Below are positions 28,495-39,235 of a stretch of DNA of 64,000 nt, in pieces. The stretch comes from a virus. The DNA is taken from the IMG/VR virus record IMGVR_UViG_3300008517_000034, positions 11,936 to 75,935 of that record; one strand, 5' to 3'. The notes under the pieces are model-generated. The model did no database searches and was not told where the DNA came from. It worked only from the letters and a program-made list of their open reading frames with translations. Numbering within the stretch: position 1 is the stretch's first letter; the number at the start of each line of letters is the position of its first letter. A program made the position numbers and the translations under genes.

Positions 28495-30257
28495 TAATAT
28501 ATCCCCCTTACTAGGTTATAAATAAAATCAAAATATCCTGGGTCCTTGGTAGCCAATCTATAAGGATTTTTATAGAACTCTCCCAGCCCCATACTTAATA
28601 TTTCACTCGCCTTTCCTTCGTAATCTTTTCCCATATAAGCATCGATAAACTTATCTTTTCTAGTAAGTTCATCTGCTCCATATCCGTCCAACAGACGGGC
28701 CAAGCTTTCTCCTTCAGTTCGCTTTTTATAAAAGGCCATAATTGATTTATGTGCCTTTGGATTCATTTCTTCCAGCCAATGTCCCATTTCATGGACAACT
28801 ACCTTGGTGTCTTTATAATTTATCGCGGGATTCCCGATATAAATCGAACCCCTTTGATAATATGACCTAAGTCCGGTTTTTCCGACTCGAGGGAATGATA
28901 CCCCCATAGCCTCTTTGTCAATAAGCTTACTAAATTCTCTTATTCCATTTCTGAGGAACGTCTTCTCCTTTTCTCTTACCCCAACAGCCCATTCTGGATA
29001 CAGGTTAAAACCTTCATCAGAGACCTGCAACATCTTCCTCATCTTTATAGTATCTCTTACCCTGATGAAATCTTCCTTAGCTCTACTCTTCATATACAGG
29101 TCTTTATATTTTTCTGCCGAATCAGATAGCCCAAGTCTTCTAAATTCGAGTGACCTCTTTTGGTATCTGTAAGACTGACGCTCAAGTCCAGCAAGTTCTT
29201 CAATTGAATCTTTATGGATCTTCTCGATTCCTGACCTTATTCCCTTAGGAGTTTTAGGTTTCTTTGGTACTGGTTTCCTCGGGATACCCGGTTTCGGCTT
29301 TTTTACCCTGGGAATCACTACGATCCAATGACAACGACAATTAGGATGTACCGGAAGCCTCCCTCTGGCCTCAGACCTTTTAAATTTTATTCCTGCCAAA
29401 TCCAGACATTCGGGACAGGCATCTCCAGCTGAAGAGATCTCCACCTCTTCATACCGGGTTCCCTCTAATGAATCTAAATAGCCTTCATTTACACTCCTTG
29501 ATATTTCGGTCCTAGCTATTAGTTTACTCCGATCTCTAAGTAGTCTATCATAACGTTTAGTATACTTTTGTAGGTATAATTCTTTGGGGAGCTTCTGTGC
29601 CTTTAACGCTCTTCTATATTTCAGTAAGGCTGTACTCTGTCTCCCATTTAGCCCCACGTCTTTTAAATGCTCTATATCCCTTGCTACCTGAGTAAGTGTC
29701 TTCCCTTCCTTCAATCCTTGAGACACTATTCTCCGGATTCCTTTTTTTGTCTCCTTTTCCACCAGTGAGATTAATTCATAAGAATATTTCTCGGCCCATT
29801 CCACCGATCGGGGATTTATCACATCAAAGGAAGCTTCTATTCTAGCGTGTGCTCGGGACAGGTTGCCAGATTTCTCCATTATATTAAGATAGGCCGGTTT
29901 AATTATGCTCTTTCCACTACCCTCTATTGTCTCCCAGTCCACATAATCTACTACTATCTCAGGCTTGGACTTCTTCCTGATCTCTGCTGGACCTTTACCT
30001 GAAATATAGATAAGTGAGGAACTCACCGGAAGATTTCCTAGTTCTGTCCTCTTCCTAAGGATTTTCTTTTTTATATCTTTTATGATCTGTTCCCGGGCAC
30101 CTTGCAGCCAGTCTCTTATCTTGGGATATAGATAGGCCTCACACTCATCCATCAATTTAAGTGTTTGCTTTCTTAACCTCTCCTTTCGACCTACCTTTTC
30201 AAAGAATACATCTAGGAGTCTATTTAATTCTTCTAGGGTATCGCTGGTTAATGGCAT
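28494..30257 (-). CDS. MuF/SPP1 gp7-like minor head protein with C-terminal zincin metallopeptidase
   Basis: LIARTE, CPEC, PVHPNCRC; Pro/Lys linker; HEMGH...EILSMG. Confidence 0.9.
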   Translation of the reverse strand: MPLTSDTLEELNRLLDVFFEKVGRKERLRKQTLKLMDECEAYLYPKIRDWLQGAREQIIKDIKKKILRKRTELGNLPVSSSLIYISGKGPAEIRKKSKPEIVVDYVDWETIEGSGKSIIKPAYLNIMEKSGNLSRAHARIEASFDVINPRSVEWAEKYSYELISLVEKETKKGIRRIVSQGLKEGKTLTQVARDIEHLKDVGLNGRQSTALLKYRRALKAQKLPKELYLQKYTKRYDRLLRDRSKLIARTEISRSVNEGYLDSLEGTRYEEVEISSAGDACPECLDLAGIKFKRSEARGRLPVHPNCRCHWIVVIPRVKKPKPGIPRKPVPKKPKTPKGIRSGIEKIHKDSIEELAGLERQSYRYQKRSLEFRRLGLSDSAEKYKDLYMKSRAKEDFIRVRDTIKMRKMLQVSDEGFNLYPEWAVGVREKEKTFLRNGIREFSKLIDKEAMGVSFPRVGKTGLRSYYQRGSIYIGNPAINYKDTKVVVHEMGHWLEEMNPKAHKSIMAFYKKRTEGESLARLLDGYGADELTRKDKFIDAYMGKDYEGKASEILSMGLGEFYKNPYRLATKDPGYFDFIYNLVRGIY

Positions 30258-30277
30258 AATTATTTAGCTCCTCATCT

Positions 30278-30415
30278 TTATAACCATAGCTCTTCCGTTA
30301 TAACGTCAGCAGTTGAACATTCACCTTCCTCATAGCCATATAAAAAGAAGGCCCCATCGGCAAAAGACGCAGAACCATAATAATGTATTATTCGGCAATC
30401 TATTTTATTATCCAT
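30278..30415 (-). CDS. Small hypothetical protein (45 aa)
   Basis: Hand-translated MDNKIDCRIIHYYG...EELWL; overlaps the upstream stop and fills the gap. Confidence 0.4.
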   Translation of the reverse strand: MDNKIDCRIIHYYGSASFADGAFFLYGYEEGECSTADVITEELWL

Positions 30416-30602
30416 TTCGTTCATTATCTTTCCTCCGCGGAGTCCGGCCATCTGCTATTCCCAATTCTATTCTGATGGCAATATTGACTCCCGGCATATC
30501 TTCTTTAATCCTCTTATCTACTATCTGCACTATCTCCGCCAGGATCTCTTTAACATAAGCTTCTAATTCCATCTTTTTAATAAATTTCTCTACATCCACC
30601 AT
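30408..30602 (-). CDS. Hypothetical protein
   Basis: Co-oriented, 4 nt after portal. Confidence 0.55.
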   Translation of the reverse strand: MVDVEKFIKKMELEAYVKEILAEIVQIVDKRIKEDMPGVNIAIRIELGIADGRTPRRKDNERNG

Positions 30603-30606
30603 TCTT

Positions 30607-32097
30607 TTATTCCTCTAACTTTCCTTCGTCTTTCCCTACTTCTTTAAGAAAATCACCTTCGGCTAATTTGTTAATTCCTTCTGTGAGATCTTCCACCGCC
30701 TTGATAAATTTGTCTTCCCTCTTCTCCAGCTCTTCTTCTCCTACTACTTCCAGACCACTCTTCATGTAATAATTGTCTCCTCCCACATAAGTCTTCCCCA
30801 GACCTAATTTATTTCTGGCCTGGTTGGGGGTCATCATCGCATGTTCGATATACTTAATATACCTATCCCCTTCCGCATCTATATTTCGAACGTCTAAGGT
30901 ATTGAGTTTGAATATATATTTATGGCAATCTAGGCCTTGCTCGATAATCGGTCCATTAATGATATCTTCCATATCCTTCTGTAAGGGCTCTATCACCGAT
31001 TCAATATATATCTTAGTCGCTTCTGTGGTTATGCTACCCCCACCTAGCTTTCCTACCCTTGACCTGACTCCAATCCGTTCTCCGGGCATAGAATAGGCAA
31101 TAAGTATATCTTCTTGCAAGGATTCCCTGTATAGCCTGAAGCTCCCTTCTTTTACGTCTACGGATAGCTGCTGCCATTGAAATTTGGCATTCTCATCGGG
31201 AAGCTGAAATACCATAGTCCGATGGGCATTTTCGGAACCCCTAATTTCGTTATCCAAAAAATTCTTGATCTTCTTTGCTGATCCTTCTTTCCAGTCTCCA
31301 ATTAAAGTAATTAAGGCCGCAGGAACTCCGTAGTTTTCAAAGAAGGATAAATTATAATCCCTAATCCCGATAAGTCCAACCAGGGAACCCACTGCTGATA
31401 GTATGGGAGGAGCTCCATAATAATCTGATCTCGGATAGTATCTTTTGTAGTAGATTAACTCACTTGCTCTACTCTTTAAGTCAAGCTTGGTTTCCTTTCC
31501 ATCCTCTGGAGAGATATCTTTTTCCTCTCCATATCTTTTAAACCATATCTTGTCATTATTCCTCTGTTGACAAAACTTCTTCTTCTTTTTATGGATCCTA
31601 AAAGTATGTCCGGCAATATGCCATATCTCTGCTACTTCCCCTCCGGCATTTCTGACTATTTCAAATCCGCCCCAGCCTATTATTCCTACATCAATAAGCA
31701 TCTCTTTTAATATATGTCTTAAATACTCTTCCGGATTGGGTCTGTCTAAGAGTTCATTAATCTTCTTTTTCTCATCTTCATCCTCTTCTTCTCCCTCTTT
31801 TAACTCCAGCCTCCACCCCAGTCCGGCTACATCTTCGGCTATCTGGTCTACGCAAGCGCTAAAGGTCGAATTCATATCGTATAACTGGAGTAGACTGTTA
31901 GGAGAATTGGGAGGAGCAACCAATTGATTAATTCCAAATTGTTCTTCTTCTTTAATCTGTTTGGAAGTCTTTTTAACTTCGTATCTCTTTAGATCTGATA
32001 GGGGATAAACCCCTTTAGTGGTCTGAATAAATTGCTGCCCTTTGGTAAGGGTAACGTGAACCTCAGCCTGCTTTTTTTTCTTTATTGCTTCAGTCAT
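30607..32097 (-). CDS. Portal protein (PBSX/HK97-like)
   Basis: SDYYGAP, YNLSFFENYGVP, MTPNQARNKLGL. Confidence 0.93.
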   Translation of the reverse strand: MTEAIKKKKQAEVHVTLTKGQQFIQTTKGVYPLSDLKRYEVKKTSKQIKEEEQFGINQLVAPPNSPNSLLQLYDMNSTFSACVDQIAEDVAGLGWRLELKEGEEEDEDEKKKINELLDRPNPEEYLRHILKEMLIDVGIIGWGGFEIVRNAGGEVAEIWHIAGHTFRIHKKKKKFCQQRNNDKIWFKRYGEEKDISPEDGKETKLDLKSRASELIYYKRYYPRSDYYGAPPILSAVGSLVGLIGIRDYNLSFFENYGVPAALITLIGDWKEGSAKKIKNFLDNEIRGSENAHRTMVFQLPDENAKFQWQQLSVDVKEGSFRLYRESLQEDILIAYSMPGERIGVRSRVGKLGGGSITTEATKIYIESVIEPLQKDMEDIINGPIIEQGLDCHKYIFKLNTLDVRNIDAEGDRYIKYIEHAMMTPNQARNKLGLGKTYVGGDNYYMKSGLEVVGEEELEKREDKFIKAVEDLTEGINKLAEGDFLKEVGKDEGKLEE

Positions 32098-32124
32098 ATC
32101 CCTTTCACCTCACCTAATTAAATA

Positions 32125-33591
32125 TTAAAAGAAAGCCTCCGCCTGCTTATGTTTTTTCTTTCCTGAGCAGGTGTTGGCCACCGCATCCCCATAATCCGGG
32201 GATCGACCCAACCTCTTTTTAATCTTATCCTTCTCTTCGATTATGATGTCTCCATTGCTTCTGGTGCTCCAATGCACCTCGGTTAAATCCTGGGTCAGCT
32301 CATCTACAGGAGGTAAAGCCAACTTTTCATCAAATGCCGGGTCTAAAGCATCTCTTAAAGCCCAGTATAAATAGGCCCTCATATTGGCAAAGGTTCTCTG
32401 CTCGGTCAGATCAGTTAACCCTTTCGCTGATTCCGAGGCCTTAACCCCCACCGCATTAACCTTAAGTTCTATCAATCTTGAAAAGACTCCCGCCCCTTCT
32501 CCTGCTGAATCTATATAGGTGATATCCTCTTTCTTTATTAGTTCATTCTTTGCTCTTCCTACGGTTACCATGTGATCTTGCTTGCTATAAACTTTAAGTT
32601 TTTCAATAATGTTCCCTCTCCTAAAAGCAAATACCGTAAGGTCCCTCCCCATGCCGGCTACATCGACTCCTAATTTTAAGGCACCTTTTTCTTTACCCTT
32701 TTGTTCCCGCCACCTGTCGTTGGCCATCTCTACCCAACTTAAAGGAATTAAGGTATCTTCGGCAGCCCTAGGAAACTCTCCCATCACCTTTACTAAGAAT
32801 AAGTCATTAGGCCGGTACCATTTTCCTTCCCACTTAAAATCGCGGGTGTCTTTTCTTACTTCATTTTCCTCTATCTCTACTACCCAGCCCGGCTTCTTAA
32901 TTTTCTCATCGATCCATTCATAATCTACCTGGCCTGGTATTAGGATTTTCTTGGCCCTAACGTTTACCGCATTCAAACAATTTAGTTTAAATTTTTCATA
33001 CTGTGGGCTCCTGGTGCTTTGATAGGCCTCTCCGGTAGTCCTGTTGGGGTTGAATATCAAGACTAATCGGCTATTCCCGGTTAGTATCCCTTCTATAGCA
33101 TCAAACGTTGCCTGGTCTATCCCGGAGGCCTCGGTAATTACTACCATAAGATTGGGAGAATGGAAACCAGTCCAGTCTTCCGGCTTCTTATCTTTAGTTT
33201 TAAAACCCAATAAAAACCAGTCTAAATCCTTGGGGAAAGTTATTTTATGAGTCCACAGGTCTCCACCAAGATTTATATTGGCATTTCTATATATTCTGCC
33301 TATCTCAGACATCATAATAGAAATAACTTGTCTATCGGTGGGTGCGGTGTTGATAACCTTAGAAGGGACATAATGATATAAAAAACATAAAGAAGCAACT
33401 GCAGCTACATAGTCTTTCCCAGCTGCATGGCCTGACCTGACCGATACTCTCCTACTAAGTTGTATTGACTCTAATATCTTTCTCTGTTTCCGGTCCAGCC
33501 TCACCCCCAAAGCATCTCTAGAAAATTTATTCCAGTTATTTTCATATTCAGTTAATATCGCATCTTCTTGCTCTGCGGAAAGGTACTTCAC
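32125..33591 (-). CDS. terL: Terminase large subunit
   Basis: Walker A SGHAAGKD, Walker B variant ITEASG, FNP, GVDVA..GRD, SPDYGDA. Confidence 0.93.
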   Translation of the reverse strand: MKYLSAEQEDAILTEYENNWNKFSRDALGVRLDRKQRKILESIQLSRRVSVRSGHAAGKDYVAAVASLCFLYHYVPSKVINTAPTDRQVISIMMSEIGRIYRNANINLGGDLWTHKITFPKDLDWFLLGFKTKDKKPEDWTGFHSPNLMVVITEASGIDQATFDAIEGILTGNSRLVLIFNPNRTTGEAYQSTRSPQYEKFKLNCLNAVNVRAKKILIPGQVDYEWIDEKIKKPGWVVEIEENEVRKDTRDFKWEGKWYRPNDLFLVKVMGEFPRAAEDTLIPLSWVEMANDRWREQKGKEKGALKLGVDVAGMGRDLTVFAFRRGNIIEKLKVYSKQDHMVTVGRAKNELIKKEDITYIDSAGEGAGVFSRLIELKVNAVGVKASESAKGLTDLTEQRTFANMRAYLYWALRDALDPAFDEKLALPPVDELTQDLTEVHWSTRSNGDIIIEEKDKIKKRLGRSPDYGDAVANTCSGKKKHKQAEAFF

Positions 33592-33593
33592 TA

Positions 33594-33956
33594 TTATTTA
33601 TTTTTCTCCCGTTCCTTTTTGGCTTTCACTAAATTAGCATAGGTAAGTTCTAATGAACCTCCTATCTCATGTTTGGTAGTTTCCTTCCATTTATCCGGAG
33701 CTCGGTTACAAAGAAAAAACTTCTGAGCTGCTAAACTCCCTTCTACCGCTATTTTGTATAATGCATCTTCTACTACTCCTATCTGGCTCTCTACCGCTTC
33801 TTCGACATCCCTTTTAAAGCTTTTTGCAATCTTCATCCATCTATAAAAAGTATCTCTATTAATATTAGCTTCGGTACACGCCTTAGTTTTAGTTGCCCCA
33901 TTTCTAAGGCTTTCGATAATAATTCGTTTTATTTTTCTTCTTGCTTTGTCATCCAT
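33594..33956 (-). CDS. terS: Terminase small subunit
   Basis: N-terminal HTH (INRDTFYRW), VEDALYKIA, FFLCNRAPDKW; adjacent to terL. Confidence 0.8.
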   Translation of the reverse strand: MDDKARRKIKRIIIESLRNGATKTKACTEANINRDTFYRWMKIAKSFKRDVEEAVESQIGVVEDALYKIAVEGSLAAQKFFLCNRAPDKWKETTKHEIGGSLELTYANLVKAKKEREKNK

Positions 33957-34024
33957 AATAATTAGTTGATCACCTCTTTAATCATTCTAAATCCTCGAGA
34001 CCTTTGTCGGATTTGTCGGATTTT

Positions 34025-35362
34025 TTAGGTCATGCTTTTTAATTTAACTGCTTTTTTCCCAGTAAATTTTTCCCATCTGGCTAAGATTACCTCTCCATAA
34101 ATTGGCTCTATCTCTATTGCTCGGCAACTCCGCTTCATTATCTCGCAAGCAATGATGGTAGATCCCGAACCGCAAAAAGGCTCGGCTATTATTCCTCTCC
34201 GCGGAGACAATATTTTAATATAGGGAACTAAAATCTGAATCGGTTTCTTTCCTAAGATGATATTTTCTACTCTTCCCTTTCCAGTCTGTTCTGCTGACCA
34301 GGTTATGTGATCAGTTATCTTAGACCAGCGGGTTTTTTTCCTTCGATCGAAAGAGCTGTCACCTTTCTGGCCATAGATTATAACCTCATAGGAATCCAAA
34401 AATTTCTGGCCTTCTTCTTTAAGATAATTGTCTAATTCTTCCTCAAATTTTTCATTTAGCTTTACATCTCCATTATCTCCCAAAACCATTACATCATAAC
34501 GATTAGGAAAAGTTTTCTTTCCTATATATGATTGATACCTCTTCTCAGCTTTCCAGATTATCATATTTTTAATCTTCCAATATTTTTCTATCGATAGCCA
34601 TAATCTAACAATATTTTTCCATTTCTCGAATACCATTATGTTTGAACCTTTGCTATTCTGATAGCCAATTGCTATCGATAACCAACTATCATAGTCTTTA
34701 GGAACTTTTTTACCTTCAACACTTAGATAGGAAAATTTCTTATGGCCAAAGCTTTTTATATTGAAATAAGGGGGATCGGTGAATAAAAAATCAAATCTTT
34801 CTTCTCCAAATAATTCATTCCAGCCATTTTTATCCGTACAATCGCCAATAAGTAATTTATGTTCTCCCAGTTTCCACAAATCTCCGCTCTTAACTCTCTT
34901 AGCATCTTCTTTAATGAATTTCTCTAATTCTTTATCTATGTCAAATTCTTCATTAACATCGAGACCAAAAATATCATCCAGCTCTTCCCTGCCAAATCCC
35001 ACATTCATTAGCAGTTTTTCATCAAAATTAGTCAGCATGTCATAATCCCAGGAGCCTAAATTCTTATTCTCTCTCAAGTTTGCCTCTCTTAATTCTTCGG
35101 GAGTCAGTTCCCTATTAGGAATCCTTACATCAATTTCTTCCTCTCCTCTACCTAACAATTGCAATATCTTTAATCTTTGATGGCCTGATACAATAACATC
35201 ATCAGTGTTTACTACTGGAATCGACATTAAATTAAACCGTTTTAAGCTCTCTTCCAGGTCCTCTTTCTGCTTTAGAGTCATTTGACGGGGATTAGAATCA
35301 TAGGGAATTAACTTATTTATTATTCGCTTCTCTGTATGCCATATTAGTTTTTTATTATTCAT
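34025..35362 (-). CDS. ParB-like + N6/N4 DNA methyltransferase
   Basis: NPR, SGHQRL; GDLWKLGEH, TDPPY, PFCGSGST. Confidence 0.9.
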   Translation of the reverse strand: MNNKKLIWHTEKRIINKLIPYDSNPRQMTLKQKEDLEESLKRFNLMSIPVVNTDDVIVSGHQRLKILQLLGRGEEEIDVRIPNRELTPEELREANLRENKNLGSWDYDMLTNFDEKLLMNVGFGREELDDIFGLDVNEEFDIDKELEKFIKEDAKRVKSGDLWKLGEHKLLIGDCTDKNGWNELFGEERFDFLFTDPPYFNIKSFGHKKFSYLSVEGKKVPKDYDSWLSIAIGYQNSKGSNIMVFEKWKNIVRLWLSIEKYWKIKNMIIWKAEKRYQSYIGKKTFPNRYDVMVLGDNGDVKLNEKFEEELDNYLKEEGQKFLDSYEVIIYGQKGDSSFDRRKKTRWSKITDHITWSAEQTGKGRVENIILGKKPIQILVPYIKILSPRRGIIAEPFCGSGSTIIACEIMKRSCRAIEIEPIYGEVILARWEKFTGKKAVKLKSMT

Positions 35363-35376
35363 TTTTCCCCTCTCCT

Positions 35377-36174
35377 CTAAAACAAAGATTCTGGAATAGC
35401 ATTAATTCTTTTTCTCGCTATTTCACAGTATTCTGGACTTATATCAATTCCAATAAATTTCCTACCTAATTTTTTTGCCATTTTACAAGTGGTTTCACTT
35501 CCACACATCGGGTCTAAAACTATATCTCCTTTATTGCTCCAAGAATATATGTGGTCTTCTGCCAATTGATCGGGGAATATGGCAGGGTGCCCATATGCTA
35601 TCTTGTCCTTAGTAGATTTCATATAGCCTCCATCATATAACCAAACATTGCCCCAATTACTCTCATCTTTATATGTAACATTTTTCGTTTCTTTCATGTC
35701 ACCATTTTTTTGTCTATGAGTCATGCTTCTTGTGAAAGCACCATATATATTCTTTCTCTTTAGCAAATTCAAAGTCCCTGGCTTCCCTTTAGACAATATA
35801 AACATATATTCGAATATTTGGTTATATCTTTTTGATTGTGGGAATGGTAGATTATTCTTTAAATAAATCATAGTATCATATAGCTTAAAACCAACTTTTT
35901 TAGCGTAAAGAGCATGTCTGAAAGAATTGCCCGATTCACTACCATTTATTGTTTGGTCTCCGACTACCCAAACCAATGTCCCTCTCATTTTTGTGACTCT
36001 AAATAATTCTTTTATTAGCTCCTTATAATCAAATAAAAAACCTTTATAATCTCTTAAATCATCATAAGGAGGACTTGTGATTATTAAAGCAATCGCGCCA
36101 TTAGGGATATCTTTAATAACTTCCAAATGGTTACCACATATTATTCTATTTATGAAATCTTCAGGCCATTTCAT
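35377..36174 (-). CDS. N4/N6 DNA methyltransferase (motif I altered)
   Basis: TSPPY, HPAIFP, DPMCGSETT (E in place of the usual G). Confidence 0.88.
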   Translation of the reverse strand: MKWPEDFINRIICGNHLEVIKDIPNGAIALIITSPPYDDLRDYKGFLFDYKELIKELFRVTKMRGTLVWVVGDQTINGSESGNSFRHALYAKKVGFKLYDTMIYLKNNLPFPQSKRYNQIFEYMFILSKGKPGTLNLLKRKNIYGAFTRSMTHRQKNGDMKETKNVTYKDESNWGNVWLYDGGYMKSTKDKIAYGHPAIFPDQLAEDHIYSWSNKGDIVLDPMCGSETTCKMAKKLGRKFIGIDISPEYCEIARKRINAIPESLF

Positions 36175-37800
36175 TTAGAATATCTCCTGCTGAACTTTGG
36201 CAATTCTTCTATTAGCCATATCAATATATTCCTGTTTTATCTCAATACCGATAAACATTTTTCTTTGTTTTACGGCCACCAACGCGGTAGTCCCCGCTCC
36301 CATAAATAGATCTAAAACTATACCGCCTTCAAATCCTGCATTGCAACCACAGTCGGTATAACCAATTTCTTTTCTTACTCTTCTTTTCCCAGTTAACAAT
36401 GTACTTGTAGGGCTAACTTTTTGTATTTGTTCTGCCGTTATACTATTATTACCCCCACATATTTCATATTCGCCAGTATCTTTATATATCTTTACTCTTG
36501 CCTTCCCACACTTCTTACAGACAAATTCAGGACATCCAGCTTTAATTGGTATCTCAATTAGCCCCTCCGGATATACCGCAAAGTGGGCTTCTGGGAAGGG
36601 CTGAGTCGGTATAGCCCAGACAGAACGTTTATTGCGACCTTGAGGATTTGGTCTAACGGCTCCTTCAACTAATTTAGATGTTTTGCCTAATTTCATTGTT
36701 TTTTCATAAATTGTCTTTTTTTCCGTCCTCGATTTTTGTATATCACCACCCCATCTATTAAGAGGATAATCATATTTATCAAACTGCTGTTCAAACCAGT
36801 AATCGTGGCCAGACCAGAGGGAATATTTTACCTTTTTTAAACCTTTACACCTTGGGCATATCTTATTTTTTATATTTTTCTTTTCTCCATTACTTGCCTT
36901 AAATTGAGGGCAGCCTTCCCCTTTTCTCATGACGTCCCGGGTTCGATAATTAAAATAATTTTTATTAGAGCAGGCAGGGCAGGGTCTCCATTCCCAATCT
37001 TTAGCCTCTATCCCTTTAGTGCCTAATGGCTTTTTATCTACACATTCCAGAGTTTTCTCATTGGTCCAGAATATAGCTTTATTGTTTTTAGTAAAGAAAA
37101 ATAGATATTCAAAATCTACTGTAAACCTATCATTTGCACTCGAGGGCATACAATTTTTTTTATACCAGATTATTGTATTTCTCTTGATCCAGCCCCGGTT
37201 AATCATTTCTATGGAGAAGCGATAGGGTATATCTAATAAACATTTCGCATACTGTCTAGTAATTTTTTGATTCCCTTTGGTAGCTCCCATTTCTAAAGTC
37301 TTATAGCCTAAATTTTTTGTATCTTTTGTATGTCCGGAAGCATTACCACTGCCACCGTAGGAATCGCCTATATTTATAAAACAAGTCCCGTCCTTCCTTA
37401 ATACCCTTTTTACCTCGTCAAAGATATCACACAGATGTTTTATATATAATTCAAAGGTTGGCTCGAGGCCCAGGCTACCCCGCCAGGCTCCGCATTTAGA
37501 GCAAAACCCTGCTTTTGCCTTACCGAAACCATGTAAATTTTTCCTATATTGTGGATTACCCAATGTGCCACCATCTAAATTTTGCCTATTTTCATGTAAC
37601 AACTTTGAATCATATTCTCTAAAATCGTGTTTACAATCTTTATCTCCATCCCAAATAACTGATTCGATCCCATAATCTCTGAGACCCCAATAAGGCGGGG
37701 AGCATGCACAGCAATTAACTGATTCACCAGGAATCTCCTTTAAAATTTCCAGTGCATCTCCACATATAATCTTATTAATATAATGATTAATATAATTCAT
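36175..37800 (-). CDS. N4/N6 DNA methyltransferase with Cys-rich insertions
   Basis: SPPYWGLRDY, HFAVYP, DLFMGAGTT. Confidence 0.9.
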   Translation of the reverse strand: MNYINHYINKIICGDALEILKEIPGESVNCCACSPPYWGLRDYGIESVIWDGDKDCKHDFREYDSKLLHENRQNLDGGTLGNPQYRKNLHGFGKAKAGFCSKCGAWRGSLGLEPTFELYIKHLCDIFDEVKRVLRKDGTCFINIGDSYGGSGNASGHTKDTKNLGYKTLEMGATKGNQKITRQYAKCLLDIPYRFSIEMINRGWIKRNTIIWYKKNCMPSSANDRFTVDFEYLFFFTKNNKAIFWTNEKTLECVDKKPLGTKGIEAKDWEWRPCPACSNKNYFNYRTRDVMRKGEGCPQFKASNGEKKNIKNKICPRCKGLKKVKYSLWSGHDYWFEQQFDKYDYPLNRWGGDIQKSRTEKKTIYEKTMKLGKTSKLVEGAVRPNPQGRNKRSVWAIPTQPFPEAHFAVYPEGLIEIPIKAGCPEFVCKKCGKARVKIYKDTGEYEICGGNNSITAEQIQKVSPTSTLLTGKRRVRKEIGYTDCGCNAGFEGGIVLDLFMGAGTTALVAVKQRKMFIGIEIKQEYIDMANRRIAKVQQEIF

Positions 37801-37826
37801 TAAAAAATGCCTTAAACGAATAATAT

Positions 37827-39230
37827 TTAAAATAAAACTGCTTCTATCGCTCTTAATCTACACTTTGCAATTTCTACATATTCCTTCTCAATCTCAATGC
37901 CGATATACTTTCTGCTCGTTTCTTTACAGGCCATCAAAGTAGTTCCGCTACCACAGAAAGGATCTAATACTACTCCGCCCGTCGGAGTTTTAGTCAGTGT
38001 GCAAAGGTATTTCATGAGTGCTAAAGGCTTAACGGTGGGATGGTGGTTTTTGCTCTTTAGAGATTTATTGGGCTTACCTGTTTGTCCATGAACACCTTTT
38101 TGTCTTAGTGATATATCTCCTTTGATCTCAACTTCTTCCAATCTTTCGCACCCTCTATTCCGTTCGGCTTTACTTGCCTTCGCACAGTAGAAGAAGCGGG
38201 AAGCAGAGCCTGAATCATTTACTCCGATAGCCGTAGGATAACCATCTCTTACTATTCCGTTCATATAGATTTCACTTTTAATTTTTCCTCTTCTTGAATT
38301 TGGACGATATGATGTCCCTGTATTCGGAAATAACCCTACCACTTCATCAGAACCATCATGTATTACATTTGCAGGAAAGCGACCTTTATTAATATTAGAA
38401 TTTAATAATCCATAACCAAAAGTTGAACCAAAACAAGTTTTTTTATATTTAACATTATCCGATAATTGCTTGTTATGATGCCCGTCTTTAAAATCATTAT
38501 TATTTTCATAAGGTATCCTTCCCCCATCTATATTCAATCCTGTCACTTTCCACTTCAAAGCATTATTAGCATAACTACCCTCGTTAGGTTTCATTGCCAC
38601 TAGTATGGGTTCATATGCAGGTTTTAGCCCATGTGATTTCCAGCCGTTCCAAAGAGTAGCTTCGGGGGTTGCAGATTCTTTTATTGGTTGTTTGCCACCC
38701 TTAATTCCTATTACTTCTTTACCAAATACTGCTTCACTACTATAACCAGCAGACTTTCTATTTTCTCTACCAAAGGGTTCTTGATAATCAATTACTTTTC
38801 TAAATCCTTCCCATTCTTTCTTAAATTCCTCTCGTGTCGGCTTCCTGCCTAATTTTTCTTCTAACTTCTTCCTGCATTTATCTTTATCTAACATCTGGCT
38901 GATATCCGTTGCCTTCGGAAAGCCTGACCCATAGAGCCACATGATACAATCTTTTAAGATAAATCCAGCATCCTCAACATTAACCGCCATCCTATGTTGT
39001 GTTCTACTTCCTGCAAAGATTAAAGCAGTTCCGCCGGGCTTTAATATCCTTAAACATTCCTGCCATGTCTCGATTGAAGGGACGTCATAATCCCATTTTT
39101 GTCCCATAAATTTTAGTCCATAAGGCGGATCGGTAATTATGGTGTCTATGCAATTGTCAGGAAAGTCCTTCATTACTTCAAGACAATCACCATGTATTAA
39201 TTTATTTATAAAATCTTCTGGATATCTCAT
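37827..39230 (-). CDS. N6/N4 DNA methyltransferase
   Basis: TDPPY, HPTVKP, DPFCGSGTT. Confidence 0.92.
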   Translation of the reverse strand: MRYPEDFINKLIHGDCLEVMKDFPDNCIDTIITDPPYGLKFMGQKWDYDVPSIETWQECLRILKPGGTALIFAGSRTQHRMAVNVEDAGFILKDCIMWLYGSGFPKATDISQMLDKDKCRKKLEEKLGRKPTREEFKKEWEGFRKVIDYQEPFGRENRKSAGYSSEAVFGKEVIGIKGGKQPIKESATPEATLWNGWKSHGLKPAYEPILVAMKPNEGSYANNALKWKVTGLNIDGGRIPYENNNDFKDGHHNKQLSDNVKYKKTCFGSTFGYGLLNSNINKGRFPANVIHDGSDEVVGLFPNTGTSYRPNSRRGKIKSEIYMNGIVRDGYPTAIGVNDSGSASRFFYCAKASKAERNRGCERLEEVEIKGDISLRQKGVHGQTGKPNKSLKSKNHHPTVKPLALMKYLCTLTKTPTGGVVLDPFCGSGTTLMACKETSRKYIGIEIEKEYVEIAKCRLRAIEAVLF

Positions 39231-39235
39231 TAAAT

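Noticed and set aside
34003-34023. TTTGTCGGA direct repeat upstream of terS as a pac site
   Set aside because: Only two 9-bp copies with no other support.
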